A stretch of 24,844 nucleotides of DNA from an uncultured delta proteobacterium (GTDB lineage: Bacteria; Desulfobacterota; WTBG01; CAIYCZ01; CAIRTM01). Location of the stretch: positions 1 to 24,844 of the forward strand of contig CAWDSQ010000003.1 of the NCBI GenBank assembly GCA_963804955.1, given 5' to 3'. The position numbers and the translations under genes are program-made. This document shows positions 8,029 to 17,754 of the stretch, one piece after another. The stretch's first letter is position 1. Each line of letters opens with the position of its first letter. The notes under the pieces are model-generated. The model searched no databases. It saw nothing but the letters and a program-made list of their open reading frames with translations, and was not told where the DNA came from.

Positions 8029-9836
8029 GAGCAGACATTGCCCGTAAGCTGCGCGGCATAATGAAGCTGCATCGCGCTTTGCGTTTAGTCTGGCAGAGCG
8101 TTCCCGGCTGGACATGTGCAAGCATTGTGCTGATTGTTTTTCAGGGGATCCTGCCGCTGATCTCGTTATATCTCATGAAACTGATCGTTGACGGCGTGAC
8201 CGGCAGTATCGGATCTGCCGGCAGCGCCAGGGCCTTCGCGGAGATCGGCCTGCTTATTTTTTGTGCAGGAGCCGTCGGCCTTGCGACTGTTCTGTGCAGG
8301 TCTCTGGCGGAAATAGTCAAAGAGACGCAGGGCAGGGTGGTAACAGATCATGTGGCCGATATGATCCATGCTAAATCGGTTGAAGTGGATCTTGAGTATT
8401 ACGATAATCCGGACTATCACGATACACTTCACCTTGCTCAGCAGGAAGCCCCGTATCGGCCTATACATATTGTCAACAGCCTCACCCAGCTGTTCCAGGG
8501 CGGCATTTCCCTGTGTGCCGTCGCAGGGCTGCTCATCTATTTCCATTGGGCCATTGCGCTTATTCTTTTTGTGGCACTGGTGCCGGGTATTTTTGTCCGG
8601 CTCAAATATGCCGACCAAATGTACAAGTGGCATAAGGACAGGACAAAGACCGAGAGAAAAGCCGATTATTTTCACTGGATGCTCATTGACGGCTCCCACG
8701 CAAAGGAGATACGGCTGTTCAGCCTTGGCCCCTTGTTTATGGACTGGTACCGCACTCTCAGCGCCCGTCTGAGAAGGGAAAAGCTGTCTATCAGCACGCG
8801 GCGCGCTTTGTTTGAACTGATAACCCAGACATGCGGCATTCTTGCCCTTTTCGGCTCATTTGCCTTTATTGCGCACAGGGCGCTTGCGGGAGCGATGACC
8901 TTAGGCGATATGGTGATGTACTACCAGGCTTTTCAGCGGGCACAGGGCTGCCTGCAGGAGGTTCTCACGAGCCTGGCGGGTCTCTATGAAGACAGTCTCT
9001 TTCTTTCGCACTTCTATGAATTTCTTGATTTGAAACCAAAGGTTGCAGATCCCCTGTCGCCGGCGGCATTTCCGGAGACCATGGAGAAAGGCATTGTGTT
9101 CAGCAGGGTGTGCTTTCGCTATCCGGGAAATCCGAAACCCGTCCTCAAGGACATAGACCTTCGCATAGAGCCCGGGCAGGTTATTGCCCTGGTTGGTGCA
9201 AACGGCTCCGGGAAAACGACGCTGGTAAAGCTGCTATGCCGGCTCTACGATCCGGCAAGCGGCACTATCGCGCTGGATGGTATCGATCTCAGGCAGTTTG
9301 ATGTGCGTGCTTTAAGGAAGCATTTCAGCGTTATTTTTCAGGACTACATTCATTACCATCTTACGGCCCGCGAAAATATCTGGCTCGGCAACATCGATGG
9401 TGACCCGGGTGATGAAGCGATTCGTGCCGCGGCTGAACAGACAGGAGTCATGCCGGCTGTCAGCAGGCTTCAAAAGGGCTTTGATACGCAACTGGGCTGC
9501 CTTTTTGAAGACGGCGAAGAGCTCAGTATCGGCGAGTGGCAGAAGATTGCCCTGGCACGGGCTTTTTACAGCAATGCCGGCCTGATTATCCTGGATGAGC
9601 CGACAAGTTCAATGGATGCAAAGGCGGAGCATGAGGTGTTCAATGCCTTCCGCAAGCTTCTTCACGGACGAACGGCGGTGCTTATCAGCCACCGGTTCTC
9701 AACCGTAAGGATGGCCGATTATATTTATGTGCTGGATCATGGAAGCATACTTGAGCACGGCACCCATGACGGACTGATCGGCAGGGGGGGCAAATACGCG
9801 CGCCTTTTTGACATGCAGGCGCAGCATTACCGGTAA
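8025..9836 (+). CDS. ABC exporter, fused permease + ATPase (no C39 peptidase domain)
   Basis: N-terminal TM helices, Walker A GANGSGKTT, signature LSIGEWQK, Walker B IILDEPT, H-loop SHR. Start reassigned to GTG 8025 (GTGA overlap with the rSAM stop, RBS GGGAGG). Confidence 0.92.
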   Translation: MRADIARKLRGIMKLHRALRLVWQSVPGWTCASIVLIVFQGILPLISLYLMKLIVDGVTGSIGSAGSARAFAEIGLLIFCAGAVGLATVLCRSLAEIVKETQGRVVTDHVADMIHAKSVEVDLEYYDNPDYHDTLHLAQQEAPYRPIHIVNSLTQLFQGGISLCAVAGLLIYFHWAIALILFVALVPGIFVRLKYADQMYKWHKDRTKTERKADYFHWMLIDGSHAKEIRLFSLGPLFMDWYRTLSARLRREKLSISTRRALFELITQTCGILALFGSFAFIAHRALAGAMTLGDMVMYYQAFQRAQGCLQEVLTSLAGLYEDSLFLSHFYEFLDLKPKVADPLSPAAFPETMEKGIVFSRVCFRYPGNPKPVLKDIDLRIEPGQVIALVGANGSGKTTLVKLLCRLYDPASGTIALDGIDLRQFDVRALRKHFSVIFQDYIHYHLTARENIWLGNIDGDPGDEAIRAAAEQTGVMPAVSRLQKGFDTQLGCLFEDGEELSIGEWQKIALARAFYSNAGLIILDEPTSSMDAKAEHEVFNAFRKLLHGRTAVLISHRFSTVRMADYIYVLDHGSILEHGTHDGLIGRGGKYARLFDMQAQHYR

Positions 9837-9867
9837 CCATGATGACCATGATGGTGGTGCAGAGGGT

Positions 9868-11133
9868 ATGGATCCTGCGCTGAGCTTATTACTGAGCTTT
9901 TTCAGACAAGATACGGCCGAAGGGGCGATCCGGGAATTGAGCGGACTCACGGATAGCACCTGGGACAGGCTCCTTGCTGCTTCGCTGCACCATGGCCTCA
10001 CCCCGCTGCTGTATCACAGGATCAAGCCGTTTTTTGCCGCAGGCTGCGTGCCGTCGCAGGTGCAGCAGCGGCTGAAAGAAATATACTTTCAGGCCGCCGC
10101 ACGGAACATGCGGCTGTATAGAGAATTAGCACAGGTAGTGCGCGCCTGTAACGCCGCAGGCCTTCCCGTCATCCTGCTGAAGGGCGCGCACCTTGCCGAG
10201 GCCGTGTACGGCAATATTGCGCTTCGGCCGATGGCCGATGTCGACCTGCTGGTGAAGCAGGCCGACCTGATGCGGGTCCATGATATACTGATTGGACAGG
10301 GCTATGCCCTTGCTGCAAAAAGTGACGCGGCATGCTCTGTGGTGAGGCATATGCCCCCCTTTAAGAAGGATGGGGTTCCGCGTATCGAGCTTCATTACAC
10401 TATTGCCGGCCGGCCGTTTTCCGGCAGGCTCGATCCTGGAGAGTTGTGGGAGCGGGCCCGCAAGGTCTCGCTGCAGGGGGCCGAAGCATGGGCATTATGC
10501 CCCGAGGATTTGCTTCTCCATCTCTGCCTGCATACCTGCATGTCCCATGGCCTGGATAATGGGATCATGGCATTGCTGGATGTTTCCCATGTCATTTCCC
10601 ATTACGAAAAAGAGCTTGACTGGGAGCAACTGATACGAAGAGCAGGCACCTGGGGCGCGGACAAGTGCGTTTATCTTGTTGCACATCTGGCCGGGAGGCT
10701 CCTTGGCGTATCTATCCCCGAGCACATACGCCGCGGCATGGAGGCTTACCCTGACAGCACTCAAGCTGCGCTGCTTGCCGAGGAGCTCCTGCTGGGTGAA
10801 AGCACACCGATAGCATCAAGCGTGGCAAGGTTGTTCAGCGGCGACAGGCTGTTGGATAACCTCCTGTATGGCATCCGGCAGGCTTTTCCACCAAGGGAAA
10901 CGATAGCGTCAATGTATCCGCGGGCCGGCCATCCATTCCGGCTGTATGCCCAGTATGTTTTTCGCATTGCAGGGATATTGAAAAGACATGCGAGAACCGT
11001 ATGGTTTTTGTTGCTGCGTAATAAAGAGATGCGGGGGTTCGTCCACATTGAAAATAAGAAGAATGCGCTTAAAGACTGGTTTCTTATGAATGACACAAAC
11101 CATTTCAAAAAGAACCTGCGGCCGCATTTATAA
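9868..11133 (+). CDS. Uncharacterised nucleotidyltransferase family protein (NTP_transf_5-like)
   Basis: ILLKGAHL...YGNIALRPMADVDLLV (DxD), IELHY, PEDLLLHLCLH, LLDV, LDWEQL. Start ATG 9868 preferred over TTG 9808. Confidence 0.85.
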   Translation: MDPALSLLLSFFRQDTAEGAIRELSGLTDSTWDRLLAASLHHGLTPLLYHRIKPFFAAGCVPSQVQQRLKEIYFQAAARNMRLYRELAQVVRACNAAGLPVILLKGAHLAEAVYGNIALRPMADVDLLVKQADLMRVHDILIGQGYALAAKSDAACSVVRHMPPFKKDGVPRIELHYTIAGRPFSGRLDPGELWERARKVSLQGAEAWALCPEDLLLHLCLHTCMSHGLDNGIMALLDVSHVISHYEKELDWEQLIRRAGTWGADKCVYLVAHLAGRLLGVSIPEHIRRGMEAYPDSTQAALLAEELLLGESTPIASSVARLFSGDRLLDNLLYGIRQAFPPRETIASMYPRAGHPFRLYAQYVFRIAGILKRHARTVWFLLLRNKEMRGFVHIENKKNALKDWFLMNDTNHFKKNLRPHL

Positions 11134-11461
11134 AAAGCATTCAATTTACATCAACTGCAATACATGGTATGCATATATGCAAAGAACATACTGGATATCC
11201 AGGCGGCATGCACTGGATGCATCGATTGTACCGGAGGAAACCACGGTCTTTTTATCATTGATCAGGCGGCTGCGCAAGGTCTTTTGAGCAGTGCTCGTCT
11301 TAAACCGTACGACAGGATACCAGTATAGTACAATGGCCGGGAACACTACACCCAGCACAGTTTGATACCAGTGCCGGTGGGGGACAAAAAACGGGATTTT
11401 TATACAGGCAGACTGTAGCATCAGTGTGCCGGAGAGCTTTTTAAGGAGGTTTTTTTATACC

Positions 11462-13654
11462 ATGGAAAATGTTGATCAGGCTTGGGATATCGGCAGTGTT
11501 TTACGGGTAATTATAAAACGACGATGGGTTATTATCGGAGTTTTTATTTTTGTCGGGGCCCTGCGAATCATGTCGTCATACGGGGAAAATCCTGTATATC
11601 AAGCAACGGCAACCATAACAATTGAAAAGGAAAATGCCAATATTGTAACGCTTCAGGATTTTTTCAACTCGGATGCATACAGCGGCGAGTATTATCAGAC
11701 CCAGTATAAGGTGCTGGGAAGCCTGACAATGGCACGGAAGGTTCTGGCAAAACTAAGGGCTGATAAGAACGACAGGTTTTTTCAAAAGGACGATATAAAA
11801 AACACAGGCAAGGAGGGTGTGGCAGAACAAGCTGTTTCCGACGATGTTCTCGCTCTGACTGTACAGGGTGGCTTAAAGGTATCGCCTGACAAGAACAGCC
11901 GCGTTGTCTATATCCAGTATGAGTCAGAAGACCCTGTCGGCGCAGCCACACTGGCTAACACATACGTTGAGACCTATATTGATTATGCGTATGAGACCAA
12001 GCTTGAGGCTGTGCAGAATGCGGTCAAATGGCTTAATGACAATTTGGAAGCCGAGAGGAAAAAAGTTGAGGCAGCGGAGCTGTCCCGGTTGACCTATAAG
12101 CAGGAGTACGGCATCGTTGCAGATGCCTTAACCGATCCGGAGCCGATAGCAGTGCCGAAATTGTCTGAGCTCACTGCACAGGTTGCTGCAGCCGAAAAAG
12201 CCAGGGTTGAGGCCGAAACCCGCTACAAACAAGCCGCAGCATTTGCAGACAACCCCGCTATGCGCGCCCCTGTTCCCGAAGCGTTTAAAAATGATCTGTT
12301 TCAGAAGCTCAGGAGCATGGAGGACGGGCTTGCGCAGCGCAAGGCTGAGCAGTCAAAAAAATATGATGCGGATCACCCGAAAAGGCTGGACATAGAAGCC
12401 CAATTGGCAGACCTTCAGGCCAAAAAAGAGCAGGAAATAAATCGTGTCGTTACTGCCCTGAAAGATGCATACGAGAGCGCCCTTGCGAAAGAGCATTCTT
12501 TACAGGAAGAACTTGCCGCACAAAAGAAGACGGCTCTGGAATTCAATCAAAAAGCTGTCGAGTACATGGGGCTGCGTCGTGATGCGCTGAGCGCCCAGGA
12601 CATGTACAGCATTCTGCTCAAAAGGTTTAAAGAAATATCTGTCGCGGAAAATATAAAAATGGACAATATCCGTTTTATAGACAAAGCAGAAGTGCCGTTC
12701 TTTCCGATCAGACCCAAAAGGGGGCGTGATATATTTCTTGCATGCCTGTTAGGGTTTCTCTGTGCTTTCTCCGTGGCGTTTCTTCTGGAGTATTTAGATC
12801 AGAACATCAATCTGCCTGAGGATATTAAAAACCACTTACACATTCCCTCCCTCGGCATAATTCCTCTGTGCGCAGAACCATCGGCAGAGGGGACCGAACA
12901 CTACCTGGAAACGATAAATGCCCCGCGGTCGCAAAGCAGTGAGAGCTACAGGGGCATACGGACAAATATCCTTTTTTCCTTAGCGGAAAAAGAGCCCCAG
13001 TCGATTCTTGTTACAAGCGCTCTGGCTCAGGAGGGGAAGACTACAACTGCAGCCAATCTTGCGATTGTCATGGCGCAATACGGCTATAAAGTTGTTTTGA
13101 TTGACAGCGATTTTCACCGGCCTCGAGTGCGCAAGCTCTTTAGTGTCCCGCAAGAAGAGGGCTTGTCGAATCTTCTGGTCGGCAATAAGGAAATAAAAGA
13201 AGCATTGTTTGAAACCTATGTCAAAAATCTGTATGTTATTCCATCCGGGCCTATTCCTCCAAATCCTTCCGAAATACTTGGCAGTAAAAGAATGCAGGTT
13301 TTGGTGTCGCAGCTTAAATTGCGTTTCAATAAGATTATTATTGACTCCTCGCCTATTGTCCCCTTGTCGGATTCTTTAGTGATGGCAAAGTCGGTTGATG
13401 GCGTTGTGCTGGTTGTGCGAGCAGGCAAAACTCCCCGAAAAGTTGTCAGGACTGCGGTGGAAAAATTTGATGGCATAAACGCCCCGATACTTGGCGCCGT
13501 TCTGAATAGCGTTGATATTAAAAATGCCGGATACTATTACTCTCGTCAGTACTATGGCTATTCATATGGGGTTGATGGCCAGAACGAGAAGGGTGGAAAA
13601 TCATTAATAAAAAAGCTAAAAAAAATGGTCCCCTTTTTTAGCAGGAAGGTGTAA
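11462..13654 (+). CDS. Wzc/GumC-type polysaccharide co-polymerase with BY tyrosine autokinase domain
   Basis: Two TM segments flank a coiled-coil periplasmic region. Walker A SALAQEGKTT, A' LIDSDFHRP, B IIIDSSP, and Tyr cluster YYYSRQYYGYSYG. RBS AAGGAGGT before ATG 11462. Confidence 0.92.
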   Translation: MENVDQAWDIGSVLRVIIKRRWVIIGVFIFVGALRIMSSYGENPVYQATATITIEKENANIVTLQDFFNSDAYSGEYYQTQYKVLGSLTMARKVLAKLRADKNDRFFQKDDIKNTGKEGVAEQAVSDDVLALTVQGGLKVSPDKNSRVVYIQYESEDPVGAATLANTYVETYIDYAYETKLEAVQNAVKWLNDNLEAERKKVEAAELSRLTYKQEYGIVADALTDPEPIAVPKLSELTAQVAAAEKARVEAETRYKQAAAFADNPAMRAPVPEAFKNDLFQKLRSMEDGLAQRKAEQSKKYDADHPKRLDIEAQLADLQAKKEQEINRVVTALKDAYESALAKEHSLQEELAAQKKTALEFNQKAVEYMGLRRDALSAQDMYSILLKRFKEISVAENIKMDNIRFIDKAEVPFFPIRPKRGRDIFLACLLGFLCAFSVAFLLEYLDQNINLPEDIKNHLHIPSLGIIPLCAEPSAEGTEHYLETINAPRSQSSESYRGIRTNILFSLAEKEPQSILVTSALAQEGKTTTAANLAIVMAQYGYKVVLIDSDFHRPRVRKLFSVPQEEGLSNLLVGNKEIKEALFETYVKNLYVIPSGPIPPNPSEILGSKRMQVLVSQLKLRFNKIIIDSSPIVPLSDSLVMAKSVDGVVLVVRAGKTPRKVVRTAVEKFDGINAPILGAVLNSVDIKNAGYYYSRQYYGYSYGVDGQNEKGGKSLIKKLKKMVPFFSRKV

Positions 13655-13780
13655 AAAGCCCCGGCAGCCTCGATTAGCCGCATGGCTTCAGCATCCGTAT
13701 GAGAACCGGGGCCATCCTGAGTCGCGATATCTTCAGGCGGCACTGCAGGTGCAAGCCTATGGCGGACCTGTCGCATACCG

Positions 13781-15580
13781 CTACGTCCGCTTGAACCGCC
13801 GTTCAAGCTCCTGCCGGGTAATGATAAAAAAGGTAGGCCTGCCATGGGGGCAGACATGGGGGTTCTCAGCGGCGCCGAGCCGCTTTACCAGATGCTCCAT
13901 TTCGGGCACACACAAAGCCTTGCCTGCCTTCACCGCGTAGGTTTTGCAGGCAAGAATGGCTGCAAGCTCCTGCAGGCGGCCCTCGAATGCTTTTGCCGCA
14001 TGGCTCTCCATCAACTCATGGAGCGTATCCCGCACCACAACCGCCGGATCAATGTCCGTCATGCAGGCAGGCACGGCATCGATTGAATAGCTGCCGCCCC
14101 CGAGGGTATTTATGCCGAAGCCGAGCTGCTGAAAGTAGCCAACGGCGCCCTCCATGATAGGCCCTTCCTGTATGCCCAGATGCAGCGTGACCGGGAAAAT
14201 CATTTTCTGTGCCGCACCCGTACTCTGCTTCAGAGAGGCCAGCAGCTCTTCGTACAAAATCCGCTCATGTGCCGCATGCTGGTCAAACACGGCAATCTCT
14301 CCGTCTTTTTCAGCAATAATATACATGCCCAGCACCTGGCCGGTCACCCTGACCGAGTCGAACGGATGAGCGTCGGCGCGCTGACGGCTGATGGCCTCTT
14401 CGAGCAGGATGGCAGCCGGGGGTCTGCTGCTCCAGGCGCCTTCTCCTGCGGGAACAGTTGTTTTTTCCTGTGTCAGCCAGGTCGTCGAGTCCTCCCGCAG
14501 CAAGTTGAAACGTAAAGGAGGGCTACTGTCGACTGCGTGTTCGCGCAGCAAATCCTGGGGCATGCGGCTGGAGGGTACTTCAAGAAAAAAACCTTTGCCA
14601 TGCAGCTCCTTTTTTATTGCCTGCACAATAAGGTCCTGAAAATAGCTTTCCGTCCGCAGCCGCACCTCGCGCTTGGCAGGATGCACATTCACATCGACAA
14701 AATCGTGCGGGATGCCGAGAAAGAGAAAGGCAACAGGAAAACGGCCCCGGGGCAGAAACTCGCTATAGGAGCGGGTAAGGGCCATGCTGAGACCCGCAGA
14801 CTGCACCGGTCTGCCATTGATGAAGAACTTCTGCCCGGTGCGGTTTACGCGCGTGGTGTCGGGGGCGCTTACATAGCCATCAAGTTTGAAATCGGTTTTG
14901 TCGATGGTGACGCGGTACAGCTTTTCGAAAACGTCGGGCGAATACAGCTGGCCGATGCGCTCAAGAAGGCCCGGGCATGCCGGGTAGTCGGCAACAATGT
15001 CATTGTTGCGGCGCAGGGTAAAGGAGACGTCGCTGCGGGAAAGGCAGATGGTCATGAATATCTCGGCAATGGCATTGTATTCTGCCGGGTCGGATTTCAA
15101 AAATTTCCGGCGGGCAGGCGTATTGAAAAAAAGATCCGCAACCTCCAGTGTCGTGCCGGGCTCCGCCACGCACTGGCTTACAGACTCGACAACGCCGCCT
15201 GGGCTTTTAATAATGGTTGCGGCGTCATCGCAGGGCCTGCGGGTGATGAGCGTGAGGCGCGATACCGATGCGATGCTCGGCAGGGCTTCGCCCCGGAAGC
15301 CCAGTGTGGCGATGCGCTCAATATCATCGGCATCGGTGATTTTGCTGGTGGCATGCCGCAGCAGGCAGGTTCGGGCATCGTCGGCGTCCATGCCGCAACC
15401 GTCATCTTTTATCCGGATAAGCCCCTTGCCGCCATAGCCCACCCATACAGCGATGGTCCGCGCTCCGGCGTCAAGCGAGTTTTCAACCAGTTCCTTCACT
15501 ATGGACGCGGGGCGCTCGACAACTTCGCCCGCGGCAATTTTATTGGCAACAATTTCTGAGAGGACCTGTATAGTTCCCAT
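13781..15580 (-). CDS. mutL: DNA mismatch repair endonuclease MutL
   Basis: NKIAAGEVVERPASIVKELVENSLDAG, GFRGEALPSI, VDVNVHPAKREVR, DQHAAHERILYE, ACK, CPHGRP. Confidence 0.97.
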   Translation of the reverse strand: MGTIQVLSEIVANKIAAGEVVERPASIVKELVENSLDAGARTIAVWVGYGGKGLIRIKDDGCGMDADDARTCLLRHATSKITDADDIERIATLGFRGEALPSIASVSRLTLITRRPCDDAATIIKSPGGVVESVSQCVAEPGTTLEVADLFFNTPARRKFLKSDPAEYNAIAEIFMTICLSRSDVSFTLRRNNDIVADYPACPGLLERIGQLYSPDVFEKLYRVTIDKTDFKLDGYVSAPDTTRVNRTGQKFFINGRPVQSAGLSMALTRSYSEFLPRGRFPVAFLFLGIPHDFVDVNVHPAKREVRLRTESYFQDLIVQAIKKELHGKGFFLEVPSSRMPQDLLREHAVDSSPPLRFNLLREDSTTWLTQEKTTVPAGEGAWSSRPPAAILLEEAISRQRADAHPFDSVRVTGQVLGMYIIAEKDGEIAVFDQHAAHERILYEELLASLKQSTGAAQKMIFPVTLHLGIQEGPIMEGAVGYFQQLGFGINTLGGGSYSIDAVPACMTDIDPAVVVRDTLHELMESHAAKAFEGRLQELAAILACKTYAVKAGKALCVPEMEHLVKRLGAAENPHVCPHGRPTFFIITRQELERRFKRT

Positions 15581-15583
15581 AAT

Positions 15584-16432
15584 TTATTCGCCCAATACTT
15601 TCCAAAAATTTTTGCGAACAGAAACGCTGCGCAACAGCTGCTCCCTGCAGGTCTGCACAAACTGCCCGTCGTCGCGATAGGCGCGCAGGAACAGTTGAGT
15701 ATCTTCTTCATACACGGGCACACCCTTGCCTGCAAGCTTTATCATGGACCTGCCGAAGCGAACTATGTTTGCCATGCGCAGGGCATCGCTCAGCAGGTCA
15801 AGGCGCTGCGACTTGTCCCAGTCGATGATGTAGAGGCTTTCCGGCCTGGCGGCATCGACGAGAATGTTTTTCATGTTCAGATCAGCATGAAAAAATCCAT
15901 GGTCGTGCATGAGCCTGACGGCAGCAGCTGCGCGTTCAAGCACGGCCTTTTTATCCTCCGCAAAACCGTCTGCTGCTGCGCGGCCCCGCAGATAGGCTGG
16001 CAGATCAATGCAGCCGGGCAGCTCTCTGGTAAAAAGAAAGCAGCGGTAGAGCGGGACTGCCGCTTTGATGCTGACCGCGGCAAGAACCTCCACCGTGGGG
16101 ATGCCGCTGCGCGCGGCCTCAGCGGTTATGGCAAGTTCATCAAAGGACCGCTCCCCGTCAAGATACAGGTCGCGGTTGATGAACCGTAGAAGCCCGCCGC
16201 GCAGATACCGCCGTGCCATCATGCGCTCACCCGGGAACCCGTTTACGGGCAGTGAAGGTACGGCTCCCCTGCCGGAGGGCCACTGCTGCGGATCGGCAGA
16301 GCGCAGCAGTTTTTCAGGATCGTCAATTCCCTGGCCGAGCAGGCAGTCGCGGTAGCGCTCGTGCAGGGCAATGGACGTGCGGCCTTTCGTTATCAGCTCG
16401 TATCCTGGAGGCAGGACAAACATTGCATGCAT
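15584..16432 (-). CDS. Lipopolysaccharide kinase, Kdo/WaaP family (KdkA-like)
   Basis: SGRGAV, RRYLRGGL, HADLNMKNIL (catalytic loop), IIDWDKS. Separated from its neighbours by only 2-3 nt. Confidence 0.8.
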   Translation of the reverse strand: MHAMFVLPPGYELITKGRTSIALHERYRDCLLGQGIDDPEKLLRSADPQQWPSGRGAVPSLPVNGFPGERMMARRYLRGGLLRFINRDLYLDGERSFDELAITAEAARSGIPTVEVLAAVSIKAAVPLYRCFLFTRELPGCIDLPAYLRGRAAADGFAEDKKAVLERAAAAVRLMHDHGFFHADLNMKNILVDAARPESLYIIDWDKSQRLDLLSDALRMANIVRFGRSMIKLAGKGVPVYEEDTQLFLRAYRDDGQFVQTCREQLLRSVSVRKNFWKVLGE

Positions 16433-16434
16433 CC

Positions 16435-17563
16435 TTACAGTTCAATCATATCAGCCACCATGTTTCCGATGGCAAGGCATGAAGTGAGGCCCGGCGACTC
16501 GATGCCGATGAGGTTAATGAAGCCCGGCAGCCCCTTATCAGCCTCATGGCGGATGACAAAGTCCCTGGCCGGAGTGCCGGGCGCCTGCAGCTTGGGCCGT
16601 ATGCCAGCGGTATCCGGCTGCAGGTCGTCACGCGAGAGAAACGGCAGATAGTCCTTTACGCCGTCGTAAAATTCCCGGGCATGGCCCGGATCGACATCAT
16701 AGTCAAGCCCGTCAACATAGAAGGCATTGGGCCCGAGCTTTGTCATGCCGTCAAGTGATTTTGTCACATGAATGCCAAGGCCCAGCAGATCCTTGTACGG
16801 CGGCGGGTAGACAAGATGGCTGACAAGCTGCCCCTTTGACGGCGGTATGCGAAAATATTCACCTTTGCAGTAATAGAGCCGGTAGCCTGCCGCAGCACTA
16901 TCAATGCCGGCAGATGCGGCAATGCGCTCGGCGCCGAGGCCTGCGCAGTTGACAACCCAGGAGCAGCGCAGGATGTCCTGCGCCGAATCGGGGCAGAGAA
17001 AATATACGTCATACCCATCGGCTGCCTTGTCGATGCCGATAACCTCATGGCGGCAGGCAACAGTCGCGCCCTGCTCAGCAGCGCGCCAGGCAAGCCTGGC
17101 CGTAAGGCCGTGGGAGTCGATAATGCCGGTTGAGGGCGACCAGAGAGCGCTTATGGCCTCCACATGGGGCTCCAGGGCCTGCACCTGTCGTGCGGTCAAG
17201 AAGCTCCAGATCGTCAACGCCATTGAGCATGCCGCAGTTCATCAGGTCATCGAGTGTAGCGGCTTCTTCAGGGCTTTTGGCGACAATCAGCTTGCCGATA
17301 CGGCGGTGGGGAACATTCCAGCGCCGGCAGAAATGATAGAGCAGGTTTTTGCCCTCCACGCAGAGCCGCGCCCTGAGAGAGCCGCGGGCATAGTAGATGC
17401 CGGCATGGATTACTTCGCTGGAACGGCTTGAGGTTTCCTGCCCGCATGCGGTATTGCGCTCAAGCAGCGCAACTGACCGGCCAGGAAACCTCCGGGCCAG
17501 TTCAGCGGCAACGGCTAGCCCTACGACGCCGCCGCCGATAATAACGCTGTCTACGGTCTGCAT
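16435..17563 (-). pseudogene. FAD-dependent oxidoreductase, L-2-hydroxyglutarate oxidase (LhgO)-like; split by a 1-nt frameshift near 17194
   Basis: N-part: IIGGGVVG, ETSSRSSEVIHAGIYY. C-part in another frame: SPSTGIIDSH, KGEYF, GLGIH, GIRPKL, GIESPGLTSCLAIG. Removing one C from GACCGCA (minus strand) gives a 375-aa ORF. Confidence 0.85.
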
Positions 17564-17683
17564 GATTTTAACCCCTGCCTCGGAAACACCGGCAACGAGG
17601 CTATCACAGAAGCCTGCTGCGGGGCAACAGGAAGATAGAAAGGGCGCTGCAGGACAATAGCTGCCGGTCTTTTGTTAAAAGGC

Positions 17684-17712
17684 TTGAATGATTATTTTTT
17701 GTTATATATACT
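17684..17712 (+). promoter_or_regulatory. Candidate sigma70 promoter for the DUF2333 gene
   Basis: TTGAAT-17 nt-TATACT, 42 nt upstream of ATG 17755. Confidence 0.5.
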
Positions 17713-17754
17713 TACTCCAGGTAAATCGCAATAAACCCATTCAGGGAGCCAGGC

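Noticed and set aside
2077..11133. Lasso peptide cluster
   Set aside because: RRE, kinase, NTase and exporter fit, but no asparagine-synthetase-like cyclase or transglutaminase-like B2 protease is present.
14537..15559. 340-aa plus-strand ORF
   Set aside because: Antisense shadow of mutL with no motifs. The same applies to most other overlapping ORFs in the track.
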